Below, piece by piece: positions 61,487 to 64,000 of a DNA stretch of 64,000 bases. The position numbers and the translations under genes were made by a program. Numbering within the stretch: the stretch's first letter is position 1; every line of letters begins with the position of its first letter. The stretch comes from Podarcis muralis (lineage: Eukaryota), in NCBI RefSeq assembly GCF_964188315.1, contig NC_135667.1:14694001-14758000 (forward strand), written 5' to 3'. Under the pieces are notes generated by a model. That model did no database searches and was not told the DNA's origin. It saw only the letters and a list, made by a program, of their open reading frames with translations.

Positions 61487-62434
61487 ATGGAACTGAAGAA
61501 CCAGTCAGCAGTTCAAGATTTTATTTTGCTCGGCTTATCCAGCTCCCCTGAACATCAGAAAATCATATTTTGGGGATTCACTTTAATCTATGCAACTGCT
61601 TTGTCAGCCAACTTCCTCTTCATCTTCACTTTAAGCACTTGCCGCAAACTCCACACCCCCATGTATTTCCTGCTCATCCATTTGTCCATAGCAAACATGT
61701 TTTGTATCTCGGTGACAATTCCCAAGATGCTCCAGACTACTTTGGCCTCCAGGAAGACCATCTCATTTTCCGGCTGCATAGCCCAGGTCTACTTTTTCTT
61801 GTGGGCTCTGGGAACAGAGATATTGCTGCTTTCCTTTATGGCCTTTGATCGCTTCATCGCCATCTGCCATCCTTTGCAGTACACAGTCATCATGAGGAGG
61901 GAAGTGTACATCGGGGTGGTGGCTGGAGTGTGGGTGGCGGGGATGATCAATTCTGCCGTTCACACGGGGCTTGTGCTTCGCCTTTCCTTCTGTGACTCCA
62001 ACATCATCAACCACTTCTTCTGTAACTTGCCTCCTTTGCTGATGTTGTCTTGCTCAGACATCAGCCTCAATGAAGCCATGGCTTATGTAGCTGATGCGGT
62101 CTTCTCCATGGGTAGCTGTTTGCTGACGCTAACATCGTATTTGTTGATTCTGAATACCATCTTTAGAATTCAATCTACTGAAGGGAAGAAGAAAGCCTTC
62201 TCCACTTGCTCTTCCCACCTCCTTGTTGTCAGCTTCTACTTTTCCACCATCATCTACACATACATCAGGCCTACCTCAACTGCATCCCAAGAAGAAGACA
62301 AGGTTATTGCTATCCTTTATTCAGTGGTGACTCCTGTGCTCAACCCTGTCATATATTCCTTGAGAAATAAAGAAGTTAAAGAAGCACTGAAGAAGCTCAC
62401 AAGTAGAACCCTGCTGAGAGTTAGTGTTGGGTAG
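61487..62434 (+). CDS. Olfactory receptor, class II, intronless (315 aa); overall family-13-like resemblance
   Basis: LHTPMYFLL, MAFDRFIAICHPLQY, HFFC, KAFSTCSSHL, PVLNPVIYSLRNKEVK; N-terminal NQS sequon. Confidence 0.95.
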   Translation: MELKNQSAVQDFILLGLSSSPEHQKIIFWGFTLIYATALSANFLFIFTLSTCRKLHTPMYFLLIHLSIANMFCISVTIPKMLQTTLASRKTISFSGCIAQVYFFLWALGTEILLLSFMAFDRFIAICHPLQYTVIMRREVYIGVVAGVWVAGMINSAVHTGLVLRLSFCDSNIINHFFCNLPPLLMLSCSDISLNEAMAYVADAVFSMGSCLLTLTSYLLILNTIFRIQSTEGKKKAFSTCSSHLLVVSFYFSTIIYTYIRPTSTASQEEDKVIAILYSVVTPVLNPVIYSLRNKEVKEALKKLTSRTLLRVSVG

Positions 62435-62560
62435 TGGTTTGAGTGCTGGACTTTGAGTGAGAGAGACTTGGCTTTAAAGTCTCACTCAGCTTCTGAGTGT
62501 TTTCTCTCATCTAAACCTATCACATTGGATAAGGTTGTGAGAGCCATGTACATTGCCTGA
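62422..62560 (+). mobile_element. Degenerate tRNA-derived SINE overlapping the OR stop codon
   Basis: gtgttgggTAGtggtttgagtgctggact resembles a tRNA A-box head; downstream ctcactcagc..aaacctatcaca..ggttgtgag resembles the SINE body at 60060. Confidence 0.5.
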
Positions 62561-63339
62561 AGCAGCTTGTAGTTAAAAAAACGTAATATCTAAATAGATG
62601 GAATCATAGAATTGTAAAGTTGGACCTGAGATCTTTTGTATGAGCCACAGCCCTTCCCGATACTAATTGGGAAAGTATCAAAACTAGAGTTGGGGGGTTG
62701 CTGTAGGAATATCCCTAAGTGTGCAGTATAAATAATACTATGATTGGTCATACTACATAACCAAGTGATATAAAACGCAGACACAGCAGTGTATTCCTGA
62801 GGGAGATCCATTTGGCCAATGTGACTGATGCCTAGGGAAAGGCCCAACTGGTTACAATAGAGAGCAGCTCCCTGTAAATTTGTATCCGTAAACTAAGCTT
62901 CAATGTTTATTAGAACATGGCTGTGCAATTTACTTAGTAGGCAGGGTGCGATTTCCCTACATCCCTGCTTACTAAGTAACCTTCAACACAGCTCAACACA
63001 GAGCTGGCTCATTTACTGTTATGTATGTATTCAGTTAATTAGGTAGGCAGGCAGATAACTTTATATACCGTTCTATATTTCAAAGAAACCTCTGGATGAT
63101 TTGCATGATCATAAAAGCATCATCGAAAAATACAAAAAAATATTATTATTCCACGTTTTATAGAAGTGCAAAACACTTGGATAAAACAATCTCTTAAAAC
63201 AATAGCATAAATGAAAACAACTAATATATGTGGACCATAATAAGTACTAGTAGTTCCAAAATGTAGTAATACAAGAAAGATAACAGTCCCTACCAACCAG
63301 ATATGCAAGAGTGTAGCTTTTAATGTTTGGTGTTCTTGT

Positions 63340-63465
63340 TGTTGTTGAGTGGTTTCCTGTGTTTTTGTTGGAAGCTGCCCAGAGTGGCTGGGGCAACCCA
63401 GTCAGATGGGTGGGGTATAAGAAACAAAAAGTTGTTGCTGTTGCTGTTGCTGTTGCTGTTGTATG
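63340..63465 (+). mobile_element. L2 3' end with (TGTTGC)n tail
   Basis: gttggaagctgcccagagtggctggggcaacccagtcagatgggtggggtataa matches the L2 terminus at 53950-54005. Confidence 0.75.
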
Positions 63466-64000
63466 TTTAAAGGGAGCAGTAGCAGTCAAACCTGCTGTCA
63501 TCTCCCCAACTTAAGCTCACACTACATGGTGAGGCAAAATTACACACACTCTTCCCTTAGAGCTCCCTGCTCTCACCATGGAGCACCCAGAGGCACCTTT
63601 GCTGCCTCCAGTGACCATCCTTATTAAATGCATATATTTACGTGATTCATTAAAAACATAAATAAACAGCGATGCATGGTGATGTGGCAGTTGTAGAACT
63701 CCAGAAGATAAAAGTATATGGTGGAGAGAGAGACCTTGACAGAGAGATAAAGGTGGCCAGAGGATTGTTGAAGCTGGGTGGATGAGAAAGAAACAGGAAA
63801 ACCACACTAATGACTCTCCCCATATCACCCCTTGCCCTTTTATAACCCCTTTTATGCAAGCACCTTTCTTTCACTACATCTGCTATTTTTCTCATTTAGA
63901 TAGTGCTTTAATGTGCAAATGCAGCACACATCACATCAACAAAGAACAGAATACATGTCATTAGCACCACTTCAAGAATTTTAACCAGAACACTAGATCC

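Noticed and set aside
1-64000. CRISPR arrays, rRNA genes, prokaryotic operons or defence systems
   Set aside because: The sequence is spliced vertebrate DNA; no repeat-spacer arrays or rRNA motifs were seen.

Overview
Eukaryotic (vertebrate) genomic DNA, most likely a squamate lizard. This is inferred from the repeat mix (L2, CR1, BovB, Rex1/Babar, Penelope, L1, tRNA-headed SINEs) and the V2R expansion. The window is a tandem cluster of vomeronasal type-2 receptor (V2R, class C GPCR) genes with the canonical 6-exon layout. V2R-A (minus) has only exons 1-3 in view. V2R-B and V2R-C (minus) are products of a head-to-tail ~14-15 kb duplication whose junction is at 20780/20782. V2R-D and V2R-E (plus) are an older duplicate pair, and E's exon 1 runs into a 200-N gap. 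An intronless olfactory receptor follows. I reconstructed exon boundaries by hand from GT/AG sites and phase. The most interesting structure is in intron 4 of V2R-E: a nested L1 > Penelope > L2 insertion. The Penelope copy is an inverted pair of arms, each carrying a minimal type I hammerhead ribozyme motif, one of them sense to the receptor pre-mRNA. Also notable are a Rex1/Babar RT frame that is still open, an apparently SINE-derived stop codon in the OR, a TTAGGG-containing MITE, an unclassified 1.1 kb retroposon, and divergence between duplicates concentrated in the ligand-binding exon. No bacterial-type features (CRISPR, rRNA, operons) are present.
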